Assembly: GCA_019828565.1 (NCBI GenBank)
Contig: JAHDYR010000011.1
Span: 319,072 to 383,071, forward strand
Length of the DNA stretch: 64,000 nucleotides
Direction: 5' to 3'
From: Carpediemonas membranifera BICM
Taxonomy: Eukaryota; Protista; Fornicata
Shown here: positions 11,568-22,079 of the stretch, piece after piece
How positions within the stretch are numbered: position 1 is the stretch's first letter
Layout of the letters: every line of letters starts with the position of its first letter
Program-made: the position numbers and the translations under genes
The notes under the pieces: generated by a model
Told to the model about the DNA's origin: nothing
Database searches by the model: none
What the model saw: the letters and a program-made list of their open reading frames with translations, nothing else

Positions 11568-14210
11568 TTACAACACAGCGTCCTCCGCCATCTCTACGAG
11601 CTTCCTGACCTCCTCCTGCTCCCCCAGCCTCGACCTGTCCGCCACGACCACCAGCAAACCTCTTGGCCGAGTCACTGCCACGTTAATCCGCCGCACACTC
11701 CCCAGCAGAGTCGCCGCAGACCCCTCGGGCGAGGTGCACACGAAAACCACGGCTTCCCTAGTCTGGCCTTGGAAGCTGTCAACTGTGTCGACCTCAATGC
11801 TGGGTAAGGCCGCTCGGATAGCGGAGACGTCCGCCCGATAGGCGGCGACGACAGAGATTTGCATGGGGGGGATGTCGTATTGACGTTTGATGCCGGAAAC
11901 AATGTCCGGAACTACTTCAGCGGGACTCTTGCCGGAAAGATCGAAGACTGAAACTGGGCGTGACAAAGAGCGGTCAAGATCTGTGCTCGGAACAAAATCT
12001 TCGAATCTATTGAGGCGATATGACGCGACCGTCTCATTTGCTGGCTTAAGCCTGCCGTCATAGACAAGTTGCGAGGACAACCGGCAAATAACGTCATTCA
12101 TGCGATACTGAGCAGATAAACTAGTGATGCAAGGGGATTCGAACTCAAGCAATTTGTCCATAACAGTGTGTCTGAGTCCAGCTGCCCTCTTGACTACAGG
12201 ACCAAGCTGGTGCACGTCGCCAATAAGACACAGCCGAGCAGCCAAAGCCGTCGGGGGCAACAGTGTTGGCGTCTGTACTTGAGCGGCTTCATCCACGAGC
12301 AATATGTCGAACTGACGCAGCCCCTTGGCCTGTACGAACGTCTCCAAGGCGTGGAAAGACCATAGGGCTCTATGTGTGGTGATAGCGACCACGTTGACTT
12401 TTGGTGGAGTTGAACCGGTCAGGTCGATCGTGGAAATATCGTCGGAGATCAGATCGGATACGTCTGGATACGCTCTCTTGACATCAGATACGATTTGACC
12501 ACATGCCAGACGTGTGGGCGTGCATATTAGCACCGTCTTGCCCAACCTTGCTGCTGCGGCGACTATGGCGCCTATCGTGTGGCTCTTGCCAGCTCCGGGA
12601 AGCCCTTCCACTACCGATATGAGATGCGTGAATGCATGTCGGGCAGCAGTTGTCTGTGCATTGCTCAGGGCCGCCTCCGCGCACGCCGCGGCCACTATGG
12701 CTACCTCTTGATCGCCCAGTGGTGCCACAGCAGTGGGTAGTCTGTTCATGAGGAGTAGCCGGCCCAACGGCCCTTCCAGCCCAAGCAAGGGGCCATGACG
12801 CAGGGTTTTGGTCGTATCATGTGCTGGCATGAGATCTAGGCGATCAGCGTTTCTTGCCTGGCCGTACGGAGTCGCTATAGTCACAACGCTTGCCTCTGTG
12901 TCACGGTCCACAACCTGCCCCTCCACCATGGACTGGGTGCCCAATACCACTCTCTGGCCCACAGACGGCAGTGGGCCAGACACAGTGGCGCTAACCAGCG
13001 TCGGGGTGAGTATGGCGAGCATGCTGACTGTTCTCAGGGTCGGAGTGACCCACTCGGGTGTGTCATGCTCATTGAACTCCCGGTCGACCTCGGCGATGAC
13101 GTCTAATGCTGCCTTAGCTGCCCGCGGATTCGGGTCAGGCCCGGGGTGGATCATATCTAGAGTAGATCCGAGTAGATTACACATATCTATATGTGGGCAC
13201 CAGTCGCATCTTGGGGGGAGCCTCTCAATGTCGATGGAAGAATACTCCCCACGCCGTAAACGCCACACGCGGGCCGCCAAGCTACTCCTGTGTGCTAGCA
13301 GCGTTGCGATCTCCGCGGGTTCAGGTTCTACGCTGACAACACCCTCGTCACCCCTTCCTCTTGTACCAAGGACGACCACGTCGGGGGTTTCGCCTTCATG
13401 GATGGTCCAAGCCGCGTGATACAGCGCCGCCTGGGCCCTAGTTGACGAGCTTGTCATTGCGTAGGGTAGCTTGCCTGTCTTGACCTCCACCAGCATTGTC
13501 TTCCGGCCCGGTCCGCCGAGGACGATGTCGATCTTGCCTCTCAGCCCTAGAACAGGGGAGACGATGGTGTATTCAACCCCTTTGACTCTATAGCCCTGTC
13601 TCAACACGCGGTCAATCCAGAGGGCAGCGTTGAGCAGGTGGCCGTCGCCCTTGATCTGGTCGAGAGCGGGGCCCTCGCACAGCTCCTCCATACGTCGGCG
13701 GAGGTCGGACACATCTCTGGGCGGTGTGGCTGGGTCGTTTGCCTCCATTAATACGGATTGAATGGCCTCGTGAACCGAGACTCCCACGGTCATCGCATCG
13801 CTCGGGCCACCAGGGGGCGAGTCATATTGTGAAAGGACGCCACGACGAACACAGTCGATCGACTGGGCCAGAGTGGTGGGCGAGAGCAGTAGGTCGGGGA
13901 AGGAGACGGCGATGGCGCCCGAAGTGGGGCTGATGACGGCATGGGAAGACGTGGGGGGCGGATGGACGGTGACGACGTCGCCGGTGGCTACATTCATCGT
14001 CCTCCAAGGCCCGTGGAGTTCAAAGACTGTTTCCTCCGATGCAAGGGCGGTTCCAGTCTCAATCTTGAGGCAGTGGAGCTCGGTATGGCTGTTGGCGGGT
14101 TCGATGGAGCAAACCAGCCAACGATTAACGATTAGCGGTGTATCTGGGTAATGGTGCTGCTTTAACAGGGCATCGGGGCTCTTTGATGGCTGCTTCCGCT
14201 TCTCGCTCAT
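11568..14210 (-). CDS. DNA2: Dna2 nuclease/helicase
   Basis: CVRR plus CDWCPHIDMC (Fe-S Cys pattern), GLRGKID..EVKTG PD-(D/E)xK nuclease, and SF1 motifs GLPGAGKS, DEAAQ, GDVHQL, QYRM, TVDSFQG, RRINVAVTR. Confidence 0.85.
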   Translation of the reverse strand: MSEKRKQPSKSPDALLKQHHYPDTPLIVNRWLVCSIEPANSHTELHCLKIETGTALASEETVFELHGPWRTMNVATGDVVTVHPPPTSSHAVISPTSGAIAVSFPDLLLSPTTLAQSIDCVRRGVLSQYDSPPGGPSDAMTVGVSVHEAIQSVLMEANDPATPPRDVSDLRRRMEELCEGPALDQIKGDGHLLNAALWIDRVLRQGYRVKGVEYTIVSPVLGLRGKIDIVLGGPGRKTMLVEVKTGKLPYAMTSSSTRAQAALYHAAWTIHEGETPDVVVLGTRGRGDEGVVSVEPEPAEIATLLAHRSSLAARVWRLRRGEYSSIDIERLPPRCDWCPHIDMCNLLGSTLDMIHPGPDPNPRAAKAALDVIAEVDREFNEHDTPEWVTPTLRTVSMLAILTPTLVSATVSGPLPSVGQRVVLGTQSMVEGQVVDRDTEASVVTIATPYGQARNADRLDLMPAHDTTKTLRHGPLLGLEGPLGRLLLMNRLPTAVAPLGDQEVAIVAAACAEAALSNAQTTAARHAFTHLISVVEGLPGAGKSHTIGAIVAAAARLGKTVLICTPTRLACGQIVSDVKRAYPDVSDLISDDISTIDLTGSTPPKVNVVAITTHRALWSFHALETFVQAKGLRQFDILLVDEAAQVQTPTLLPPTALAARLCLIGDVHQLGPVVKRAAGLRHTVMDKLLEFESPCITSLSAQYRMNDVICRLSSQLVYDGRLKPANETVASYRLNRFEDFVPSTDLDRSLSRPVSVFDLSGKSPAEVVPDIVSGIKRQYDIPPMQISVVAAYRADVSAIRAALPSIEVDTVDSFQGQTREAVVFVCTSPEGSAATLLGSVRRINVAVTRPRGLLVVVADRSRLGEQEEVRKLVEMAEDAVL

Positions 14211-14362
14211 TCTTGCGCAAATGTCGACTTGACCGGGAATCGTGTGAAATCGTGGCCGGCATGGTCCGGAAGGCTCCTATGACTCGATGGATCACGTCAG
14301 TGGCTCATTTGCTGAAATGTCAGATTTGCTCACACAGCCCTCACATCCTCAACGACGCCTCC

Positions 14363-17300
14363 ATGGATGTTGATGCTGTGAAAATAGAGGCGCTAAAGCA
14401 CCTCATGTGTATGAAGAAACGAACCATAGACGAAGTTTTCGCCCTTGTCCGCGAAGTCTTCCAGGACGTTGACGACACTCTTGTGCAGACCGTCTGGCCC
14501 ACGATGGCCGATGTTTTCGGCGTCACCGTCACCGGAACAACAGATGCGGTCATTTCTGAGGCCGGAGCCCTCGCGTGGCTCAATAGACGCCATCCCGTTC
14601 CCTCCAGCCGCATTCCACCGCTCAACGATCACATGCGCAAGTCCATTACTGTCCTCGGCCAACACGGCTACGCTGGTATGAACCAGCTGGAGCTTTCCAA
14701 ACACTGCAAGATGAAACCGAAGGACTTTTCCTACGTCTTTCGGGTTCTCAGCAGGTTTGCCGTCGTATCTCACCCAGCATACGTGACTTTCGAGGGGAAA
14801 CTGAAGCTCACCAAGCACATCTACCTCAACGTCTTCGGCCCAGAGTACGAGAGCCGCTGCGTGACCCTCTCCATCCCGCCCCATGCCCCCTACCCCTCCT
14901 TGTACCATATCCTGCACTTTTTGAGAGATTCAGGGGAGACTACGCTCCGGGAGATCCACAAGGCCATCGCCGGTCCCCTCAAGGACAGAGGTGTACGGGG
15001 CTTCACGGAGGAGAGTCTCATGTTTGATCTCTTCATCCTCCAGCACGCTGACATGGGCTTCACGGACTCACGTGCCGTGGGTCCCGGCGATTTACCTGCC
15101 CAAAACCCTATCGCGGGCACGGGTAAGAAGGTGGTGCGGAAGAACTCGATCTACCATGTTTGGCTCAAGAGCTCGGTCGATGCAGAAGAGGAGGCATCGG
15201 GGGTCGGCCCCGCGTCTCCTGAGGCCAGCCGCACTCGGCCAGTTGCCCCAGAGCCCACCCCAGCGGACGGTCGTCGTCCCCACACCGCCATGGCCCAGCC
15301 GCTCGACACGGACCTCGGCGGCACCTCCACCAACATGACTCTCAAAGACAGAGTTGGGGCCAAGCACAGCAATCCCTTCGCTGGTCCTTTCGTACTCACC
15401 CCTGTAGACAAACTCCATGCCCTAGTCGCCGCAGTCCGCGAGGCAGGGGTGGAGGGGGTCAACCTCGATGACCCTACGCACGGGCGACCGGTGCTCGACC
15501 GGTTATTTATCAACCGGGGACGCACCGCGATCGGTATGATTCGGGACCCGGCATTGTCGAAGGGGAGCACCATTTCAGTGCTACCAGGCATACCGTTGCA
15601 TTGTTTTACGGACTACACAGAGTCTGTTGGGGTGGCTTACAGGCTCATACACTCCGACTTCATCACTGACGGCATGCCTAACAACAACGGCGGCGAGGAT
15701 GTGATCAAGGCCCCTTTCCTACCGAAGGTTCGCATGGCTAAGCAGATCATGGGCCTCATGAACCAACTGCCTCCCGGCCTCTCGGTAAGTATAATGCACG
15801 TGAGGAACGGCGTCGCCTTTACTGACGCGATAGAGGCCGGCCGGGGCCCACTGGGCATCTCTCAGACCGTTCCGTATTCAGGCACGGTGAGGGACGCCCT
15901 CCATGAGCTCGTGGACGCGGGCAAGCTGCTTTCATTCATAGACAGGGATAAGGCCGACAAGCCCTACTTTATCTCAGTCGACCGAGTGGAGCGGGATGAC
16001 CTCGAGGGCGAGGTGATCGAGCCTGTTCACATCACCCTCCCAACGCCCGAGACCACCAGGAATACAGCAGAGGGTCTCAAAGCCGTGCTGCGGGTCTGCG
16101 TGGAGGCGGGGACCAGAGTGTTTGACAGATCTGTCGCGGTAACGATGCCGGCCGGGGCCCTCGCGGTGCTGATGAAGGACACCGGGCTGAGTCGGCCCAT
16201 GCAGCGCATGCTCGACGAGGCTGGGACAACCCCGCTGTGTGAGCTGCCTGCTATTATCGCCTCGTTCTGTATCTCCGCGGGAAGCGTCAACACTCGCCTG
16301 AATGCGGTGCGTGAGAACCTCGTCAACCTCGCCCTCGCCACCGTCGAGAATGAGCATCTTATGATCGTATCTGAATACAGATTCCCTTCGACCAACTTCT
16401 TTGACACGTCTGATCTGCCGATCATTCCACTCAAGCCAGACACCATCGACGACATTTTTGCCCAGATCGAGTACTGTTGTGTCCAGAACAAGCTCCGCCA
16501 GCGCAAGGAGGCTACCCTCGCCGCCCTTGTGAAAGATGGCGAACCTGTCCCCGAGCAGCCTCAGGGCTTGGGCGACACCGTTGTCTGGCTCGACCGGGAA
16601 GCTGAGTTCCACCGGCACTACCTCATTAACTCCTATTGGGGCGTGATCAGCCGGAAAGTACGTCTCGAGAAGCTCCGCAAGGACACTAGCCTCCTGAGAA
16701 CTCGACAGTACGCGGCTCCGTCGTTCAAGCGCATCACTAAGCCAGTTGCGGAGGTCCGAACCTTCTTGGAGATGACTATGACGCTTACGAGTGACATACC
16801 CCGCCGCAAGATGCTCGAGCACACCCTCGCCCGAAGCTCGCGTCTGCCCGCACCCTCAACCATGGCTGGCGACGGAGGCGGGGCCGACTGGCCCGAGGAG
16901 GCCGACCTGAATAGAATCAGACAGATGCCCTTGTCCTATCGGAGGAATATCGTGTACGTCGTCGACGCCCATCGTATGTTCCCCCGGAGGAACATCGGTC
17001 ATTGTAAGTGGGTGGAGGCCGCGGCGGACATCGCGAACGCCATCCCCACGATGGGAAGCACTAACGCTGACGAGATTCGTCGCCTCATCAAGGGTGTGGT
17101 AGCTTCTTTCATCCCCAACCCGCTGGTGAACGCGTCCGCCCACCCAGGCTGGCGGACCATCTTTACCAACCACATTATCGGTGCCAAGATTGTCATGATG
17201 ATTCTACGAAACCTCGTCGACGCCTCCTCACAGTCTGGAAACTTCGGCTTCGACGACTCTAGGATCTTTGCCGAGCACAAGGACGCCTTCGAGGAGTTGT

Positions 17301-18865
17301 TCACCGACACCAATGCCTCTGCTCTCCAGTGGCCGAGCAACACCCATGAGGGGCCGGCAGTGCCTCTCATAGACTTCTTACCGCCCACGGTATTCCCTAT
17401 TAGAGCCGGACCACTGCTCGCGGCCGGACCTTACTCGCCAGAGATCATGCCGGGGTCGACCACAGCTGTCACCATCGGTCACGTTATACCAATCAACAGA
17501 TTCATCTCACCGACTGCTGAAGGTGTTGTGAGAGACACCAGGCTCGCAGGCAGGGCGAATCTGAGGCGTAGACTCCTCGTTCTCCATGCCGCAGAGAGGA
17601 TTGCGTCGCTCACTTCGAAGGTCAGGAGGAGTATGTTCAACCGCTGGGTCGGGGTGGACCCTCAGGCAGCGCACGGGGTGCTGGTCGCCCTTCTAGAGGC
17701 CAGGATGCTTACAAGGCGTCGGGCATCGGAGAAACACAAGCTGTCAACGCTTTTCTTCGAGAACACCATGATGGCTGCCTCGATTGAATTCATACGCGCT
17801 TTCACTCCCCCAGAAGCGATTGACGTTTCGTTCGCCTTCAGGTACACACGCACCACAATCAAAGATCTGTCCAACCGCATCTCGAATATCTCGAAGACCG
17901 CCCAATGGGCAGTGCCAGACTCTGTCACCCGGATTGACATGCTCATGGTCCTCGACCTGGTCTATCGCGGGCTCTGGGTTTTGGACAATGCGTCTAAGAG
18001 CGCCATTCGCGGCGTCGGCCTCAACATGACGAGCGGAACATTCGTGTTTGGCGAGAAGCTCGACCTTGTGCTCAGAAGAGAGCTCTTCCCCCATGAGAAG
18101 GCCCCGCCTGCTGAGATTGATCTCGTCACTGACCAATCAATTGATGAAACGGAAGAAGAGCCACTCCCTGACACTCTCGTCGCCCTCTTCCCCATGGATC
18201 ATCGGAGCAGACTCCCCGAGGTTAAGGGTGTCGCCCAGCTTGCCGGGCAGACTCTTGATTCTCTCGTGCCTGTGCTTGAGGCCATATGCCATGACCGTCC
18301 GCCGGCTACGAGGGAAGCACAAGACAGGGCCGCCGTCCTGATCAACAGCGGTGTTGTTATCGTCGGCCACGAGCATCTTACGCGCGTCCTTGTTCCCGTA
18401 TGGGATTCGGAAGACTACATACACCCCGAGGCGCCGGACGTGCCTCTGCTGGACATCATGACCGTTACAGGCGAGCACAGCATGGATGCTGTCGACTCGC
18501 TTGCCCTGGCACTGCGAGACTGCATAGGCTCAATGCCCGGCATCAGCCTGACCTTCATGTATCGTCGTTTCTTTCATTTCACGCCCGTGTGTATCCATAG
18601 AGTGCTCGACGTCATGCTCCTGGACGACGCTATTACTGCCTACATCCAGCTGTCGAAGCCAGCATCGCTGTGGGATGAGCCTGAGCATCAGACAGTGATG
18701 GTGCGCTCCGTCACTGATGCCGTTACGAAGCTCGAAGCCGACGGGCTTGCGGGGATGGCGTTTGACGGCGTTGGCGAGACCGACATAAGCTACGAGATCG
18801 TGCTGTATCCGACCATGTCAATCATGGCTACCGCATGGACTGTGGAGGAGGCCGTGGAACTGTAG
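14363..18865 (+). CDS. Probable TFIIIC B-box-binding large subunit (Tfc3/GTF3C1-like)
   Basis: About 1500 aa. GMNQLELSKHCKMKPKDFSYVFRVL resembles the B-block-binding winged helix, and a C-terminal PGISL..Y winged-helix-like segment is present. The start codon is inferred. Confidence 0.55.
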   Translation: MDVDAVKIEALKHLMCMKKRTIDEVFALVREVFQDVDDTLVQTVWPTMADVFGVTVTGTTDAVISEAGALAWLNRRHPVPSSRIPPLNDHMRKSITVLGQHGYAGMNQLELSKHCKMKPKDFSYVFRVLSRFAVVSHPAYVTFEGKLKLTKHIYLNVFGPEYESRCVTLSIPPHAPYPSLYHILHFLRDSGETTLREIHKAIAGPLKDRGVRGFTEESLMFDLFILQHADMGFTDSRAVGPGDLPAQNPIAGTGKKVVRKNSIYHVWLKSSVDAEEEASGVGPASPEASRTRPVAPEPTPADGRRPHTAMAQPLDTDLGGTSTNMTLKDRVGAKHSNPFAGPFVLTPVDKLHALVAAVREAGVEGVNLDDPTHGRPVLDRLFINRGRTAIGMIRDPALSKGSTISVLPGIPLHCFTDYTESVGVAYRLIHSDFITDGMPNNNGGEDVIKAPFLPKVRMAKQIMGLMNQLPPGLSVSIMHVRNGVAFTDAIEAGRGPLGISQTVPYSGTVRDALHELVDAGKLLSFIDRDKADKPYFISVDRVERDDLEGEVIEPVHITLPTPETTRNTAEGLKAVLRVCVEAGTRVFDRSVAVTMPAGALAVLMKDTGLSRPMQRMLDEAGTTPLCELPAIIASFCISAGSVNTRLNAVRENLVNLALATVENEHLMIVSEYRFPSTNFFDTSDLPIIPLKPDTIDDIFAQIEYCCVQNKLRQRKEATLAALVKDGEPVPEQPQGLGDTVVWLDREAEFHRHYLINSYWGVISRKVRLEKLRKDTSLLRTRQYAAPSFKRITKPVAEVRTFLEMTMTLTSDIPRRKMLEHTLARSSRLPAPSTMAGDGGGADWPEEADLNRIRQMPLSYRRNIVYVVDAHRMFPRRNIGHCKWVEAAADIANAIPTMGSTNADEIRRLIKGVVASFIPNPLVNASAHPGWRTIFTNHIIGAKIVMMILRNLVDASSQSGNFGFDDSRIFAEHKDAFEELFTDTNASALQWPSNTHEGPAVPLIDFLPPTVFPIRAGPLLAAGPYSPEIMPGSTTAVTIGHVIPINRFISPTAEGVVRDTRLAGRANLRRRLLVLHAAERIASLTSKVRRSMFNRWVGVDPQAAHGVLVALLEARMLTRRRASEKHKLSTLFFENTMMAASIEFIRAFTPPEAIDVSFAFRYTRTTIKDLSNRISNISKTAQWAVPDSVTRIDMLMVLDLVYRGLWVLDNASKSAIRGVGLNMTSGTFVFGEKLDLVLRRELFPHEKAPPAEIDLVTDQSIDETEEEPLPDTLVALFPMDHRSRLPEVKGVAQLAGQTLDSLVPVLEAICHDRPPATREAQDRAAVLINSGVVIVGHEHLTRVLVPVWDSEDYIHPEAPDVPLLDIMTVTGEHSMDAVDSLALALRDCIGSMPGISLTFMYRRFFHFTPVCIHRVLDVMLLDDAITAYIQLSKPASLWDEPEHQTVMVRSVTDAVTKLEADGLAGMAFDGVGETDISYEIVLYPTMSIMATAWTVEEAVEL

Positions 18866-18953
18866 ATTTACATATGCTAATGTATATATGAGATTCTATT
18901 CAATTTAAACCATACGAAGTCGAAATAAAAGATTTAGTGTGAAATACAAGCAA

Positions 18954-20613
18954 TCAGAGACGGCCATCCTTCTCGTGGTCAACGGCCTTCAATGCCTCAA
19001 CACGCATCGCCAGTTCCTCATTCTGCGCCGCCAAGGCTCTATTCCTGGCCAGCAGGCTGTCAATCAGACTCTTCATCGTCGCGGGGTCCTCCCTAACTCG
19101 TTCCAGATGATCCACAGGCGGCGGTCTTATGATTTGCTCGAGCTGGGCGGTCTGTTCCTGTAGCATCGTGTGAACCGTCGCCACCGTGAGTCCGGCCCCG
19201 GCTAGAGGGAGGCCTGGCACCTTCATGGCGCTGATGATGCTTGACGGCGGTGGGGCATCGCGGGTGGGGTGCTCGCTCTCGTTGTCTGACGTCGCGTCGG
19301 TCGCACGCTTGGCCTCGCTGCGGCGGACTGTGAATCTCCCCTTACGGTGGCCAACGGGCTTGCCCTCGGCGGGAGTGTCGGGGCGTGAGACGGCCTCCTC
19401 GGTCTTGTCGGCGAGTTTCTCGGCTGACTTCTGGTCGCCCGGCTTCTCTGTCGACTTTTCAGTGGATTTTTCAACAGGCTGAGGCTTTTCAGTCGTCGTC
19501 TCGGCGGACTTCTCCGCGGGCCTTGCCTCGACTGGGGCCGGAGGCTTCGGCAGTTCCGCAGGAGCAGCCCTAGGCTCCGCAGGCACCACGTCTGCCCTGG
19601 CTGCGACCTTGCTCTCCTCGGTTCCGCTGAATTTCCAGCTCGTATGAAGCTGGGCGCCGCTCGCCACCTGCGGGGCGGTCCTGGGCGGCGCGGTCAGCTT
19701 GTACTCCACGTACTGGCCCAGCAGAGCGCCTAGCTGCTGCTTCCCGTTAGGAATGCGGGATTTCTTGGCGGCTGCCCACGCCTGGAGGATGCCGAAGAGT
19801 TCTTTCATTGACAGACGCTCCTGCGGCGATCGCTTGAGGCATCCGTGGATGAATGACTTCATCTTGGAGCTAGTCTCGGGCGGTGGGCCAGGCGGGTCGC
19901 GCTGGAGGGTCTTGATGAGGACCTTCATGGCTGGCAGGTCCGAGTGGGGAGCTGCGCCGTACATCATCTCGAGAGCGGTGATTCCGAGCGACCACACATC
20001 CGCCTTCTGGTCGTAGCCCTTGTTGTTCTGCTCCACAACCTCCGGGGCCATCCAGCATGGCGTGCCCACGAAAGTCTGGCGCTTGTTGATGCGCGAGCCA
20101 GCATCAAGCATTGAGGCCGAGACACCGAAGTCTGCGAGATACACACAGAGATTAGTGTCGACAAGTATGTTTCCTATGTGAGCGATGGGCCTGTGGGAAC
20201 GGACCTGCTTTGATGTCTCGGTGAATACGCCCAGTAGAGTGAAAGTATACCAGCGCCTCGACCACCTCGAGCAAGATATAGCCTACGGTCTCCTCCTTGA
20301 GGCCTTCTGGGGACACGGCGTGCATTATGTCATGGATTGAGCCCTCAAGAAGGGGCATGACGATCCAAAGGTACTTTTCCGTTGGGAAAACGGCGTAAAA
20401 CTTGACGAGATTGGGATGGCGGGTCATCGTCATCGTATGAATCTCCTGTCTGATCTCATCTATGAAGCTGGAATTGCCGTGCTCGAGATCAATGACCTTG
20501 ATGGCCACAAACTGGTCGTTCTCAAGGCACTTGGCCTTCCAAACACTTGCTGAGCCTCCAGAGCCAATAATTTCAATGAGTTCGTACTTATCTTCGTCTT
20601 GAGGCCAATTCAT
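18954..20613 (-). CDS. STE20-family Ser/Thr kinase (OSR1/SPAK/Fray-like), two exons
   Basis: WP..D.YEL..IGSG, VAIK, HRDIKAG|NIL across a 31-nt intron (20204-20174), DFG, TFVGTPCWMAPEV. The tail has KGRFTV and a coiled coil. Confidence 0.92.
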
Positions 20614-21305
20614 CGTTGCCTCAACGCCCTTCTTCTGTCTGCCCACTATCCATTTATGGTTGCTCATGTAAAGATCGCTAGATGTGACTAGGTCCCCAGC
20701 GTGAACGACGATCAGCCATAACTGGACCAGCAATCGCGAGTAGGGAAGTCTGTAGGCTTTGCGGTTATTGACGCTGCCTCGAGACGGTTCTGGGCGGATT
20801 CACGACAACCGCAGAATATATAAACAGAATTAAAATGCGTGCTAGAGTCACTCCTTGTGGATCGAGAAGTGTGCGAGAAAGCTCTCTCTGGTTTGTACGA
20901 GACGTTTCTCTCGGTTGTCCAAATCGATTCTCGTTTTTTCTCATCTTGAAACATACGGTAATGTATAGCCCCCTTGTCATGCTAGTCTATCCTGGAACTC
21001 AATCGGCCCAACAGCCAGAAGCAGATAGTGATGTTGGCGAACCGTTCCTTCAAGTTCTTCTCCACGTTGTTATCGTGACTGCAGCAATGAAGAAGAATAA
21101 TAAGAGACTATAAAGGCTTCCTAGTAGCTCTGTGAACGCGATACAACACGTGGGCTATCCTCATTTGCCTTCCTTCGCATCTTTGACGCGGGCGGCCGCA
21201 GCAGCAAAATATGGGCCAAAAGAAGCGCCCACCGAGGGGCTCGAACCCTCGACCACTGGATTAAGAGTCCAGCGCTCTACCGACTGAGCTAGACGGGCTT
21301 GCATA
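19689..21305. repeat. Left arm of a 1.6 kb inverted duplication (partner 54889-56505)
   Basis: Reverse complement of 54889-56505. The ORF-track translations are identical and paired coordinates sum to 76194 at both ends and at the intron. Confidence 0.95.
21226..21298 (-). tRNA. tRNA-Lys(CTT)
   Basis: 73-nt cloverleaf GCCCGTCTAGCTCAGTCGGTAGAGC..CTCTTAA..GGTTCGAGCC..GGGCG with a TTTT terminator at 21221-21218. Confidence 0.97.
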
Positions 21306-21491
21306 CCGTCGTAGACGCGATGCGTAAGTACGCCTCGGGGCGTGGTACAGGCCCAGATGGACTACCGGCCATCTGGTACAAATATTCGAGAGAGATCGAA
21401 TATTGACCAAATATTCGAATCAAATCTACGGTCCAGTTCAGACCAATTTTACCAAGGGGTTAAAACCCCATTCCCCGGTAGTTCCGAGAAG

Positions 21492-22010
21492 ATGGGCGAC
21501 GCACAGCCCCCCGTGACACTGGAGAGCCTGGAGGCCCTGGTGCGGTCACAGGCTGCTACAATAGCATCACTGAGCGAGAATCTTGACGATGTCCGCACGA
21601 ATGCTGAGGATGTACGCAAACCCACCAAAATCCCAGCAGTGCTCAAAGAATTCCAACACCTGCGCGCCCTACACGGAGAAATCAAGTCAATCCTGGCTGA
21701 CCCCAGCAAGGAGACGATTGCTGACATAACCACAGCCATTAATCTTGCCGTTGAAAAGCGCCTCGAGTTCCTCCGAGTCCTCGACTCTGCCAACGAAGAA
21801 GCGGCCGCCTACTTTATCGTCACCGCCGAGGACATATCCAACGTCAAGGACCTCGTCAAGGTCGCCGCCAAGGCCAAGAAGGCCATCCCTGCCACGCGGG
21901 CTCACACATCACACCGGTTCGCCAAGCGTCCCTTCCGAAACCACGGATACAACAACCACAGATTCCAGAAAGCCTCGGGCAACCGCAATGCGGCCCCGGG
22001 GCAGCAGTAG
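21492..22010 (+). CDS. DIRS-A gag-like ORF1
   Basis: Coiled-coil protein with a basic tail, in the ORF1 position. Similar to DIRS-B ORF1 (PPVT.ESL, RLEFLR). Confidence 0.75.
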   Translation: MGDAQPPVTLESLEALVRSQAATIASLSENLDDVRTNAEDVRKPTKIPAVLKEFQHLRALHGEIKSILADPSKETIADITTAINLAVEKRLEFLRVLDSANEEAAAYFIVTAEDISNVKDLVKVAAKAKKAIPATRAHTSHRFAKRPFRNHGYNNHRFQKASGNRNAAPGQQ

Positions 22011-22079
22011 TTGCCCAAGTGAGGTTATGCCATCCTCAGATATAAAAAGGCACCGTCTACGTTTTGAATACAGAGAAGA

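Noticed and set aside
11568-14210. Cas4-like nuclease or CRISPR system
   Set aside because: The Fe-S PD-(D/E)xK domain is fused to an SF1 helicase as in Dna2. No repeat-spacer array exists and the context is eukaryotic.
2616-18600. Numerous 60-280 aa ORFs antisense to or overlapping host genes
   Set aside because: Shadow ORFs expected from GC-rich codon usage.
14363-21298. Functional link between the TFIIIC-like gene and the nearby tRNA-targeted elements
   Set aside because: Proximity only. Eukaryotic gene order gives no support.
21301-21305. GCATA as a duplicated target site
   Set aside because: It is not repeated after the outer B' ends (34939 GGTGT, 46095 TAATT on the minus strand), so it is better read as the element's own 5' end.
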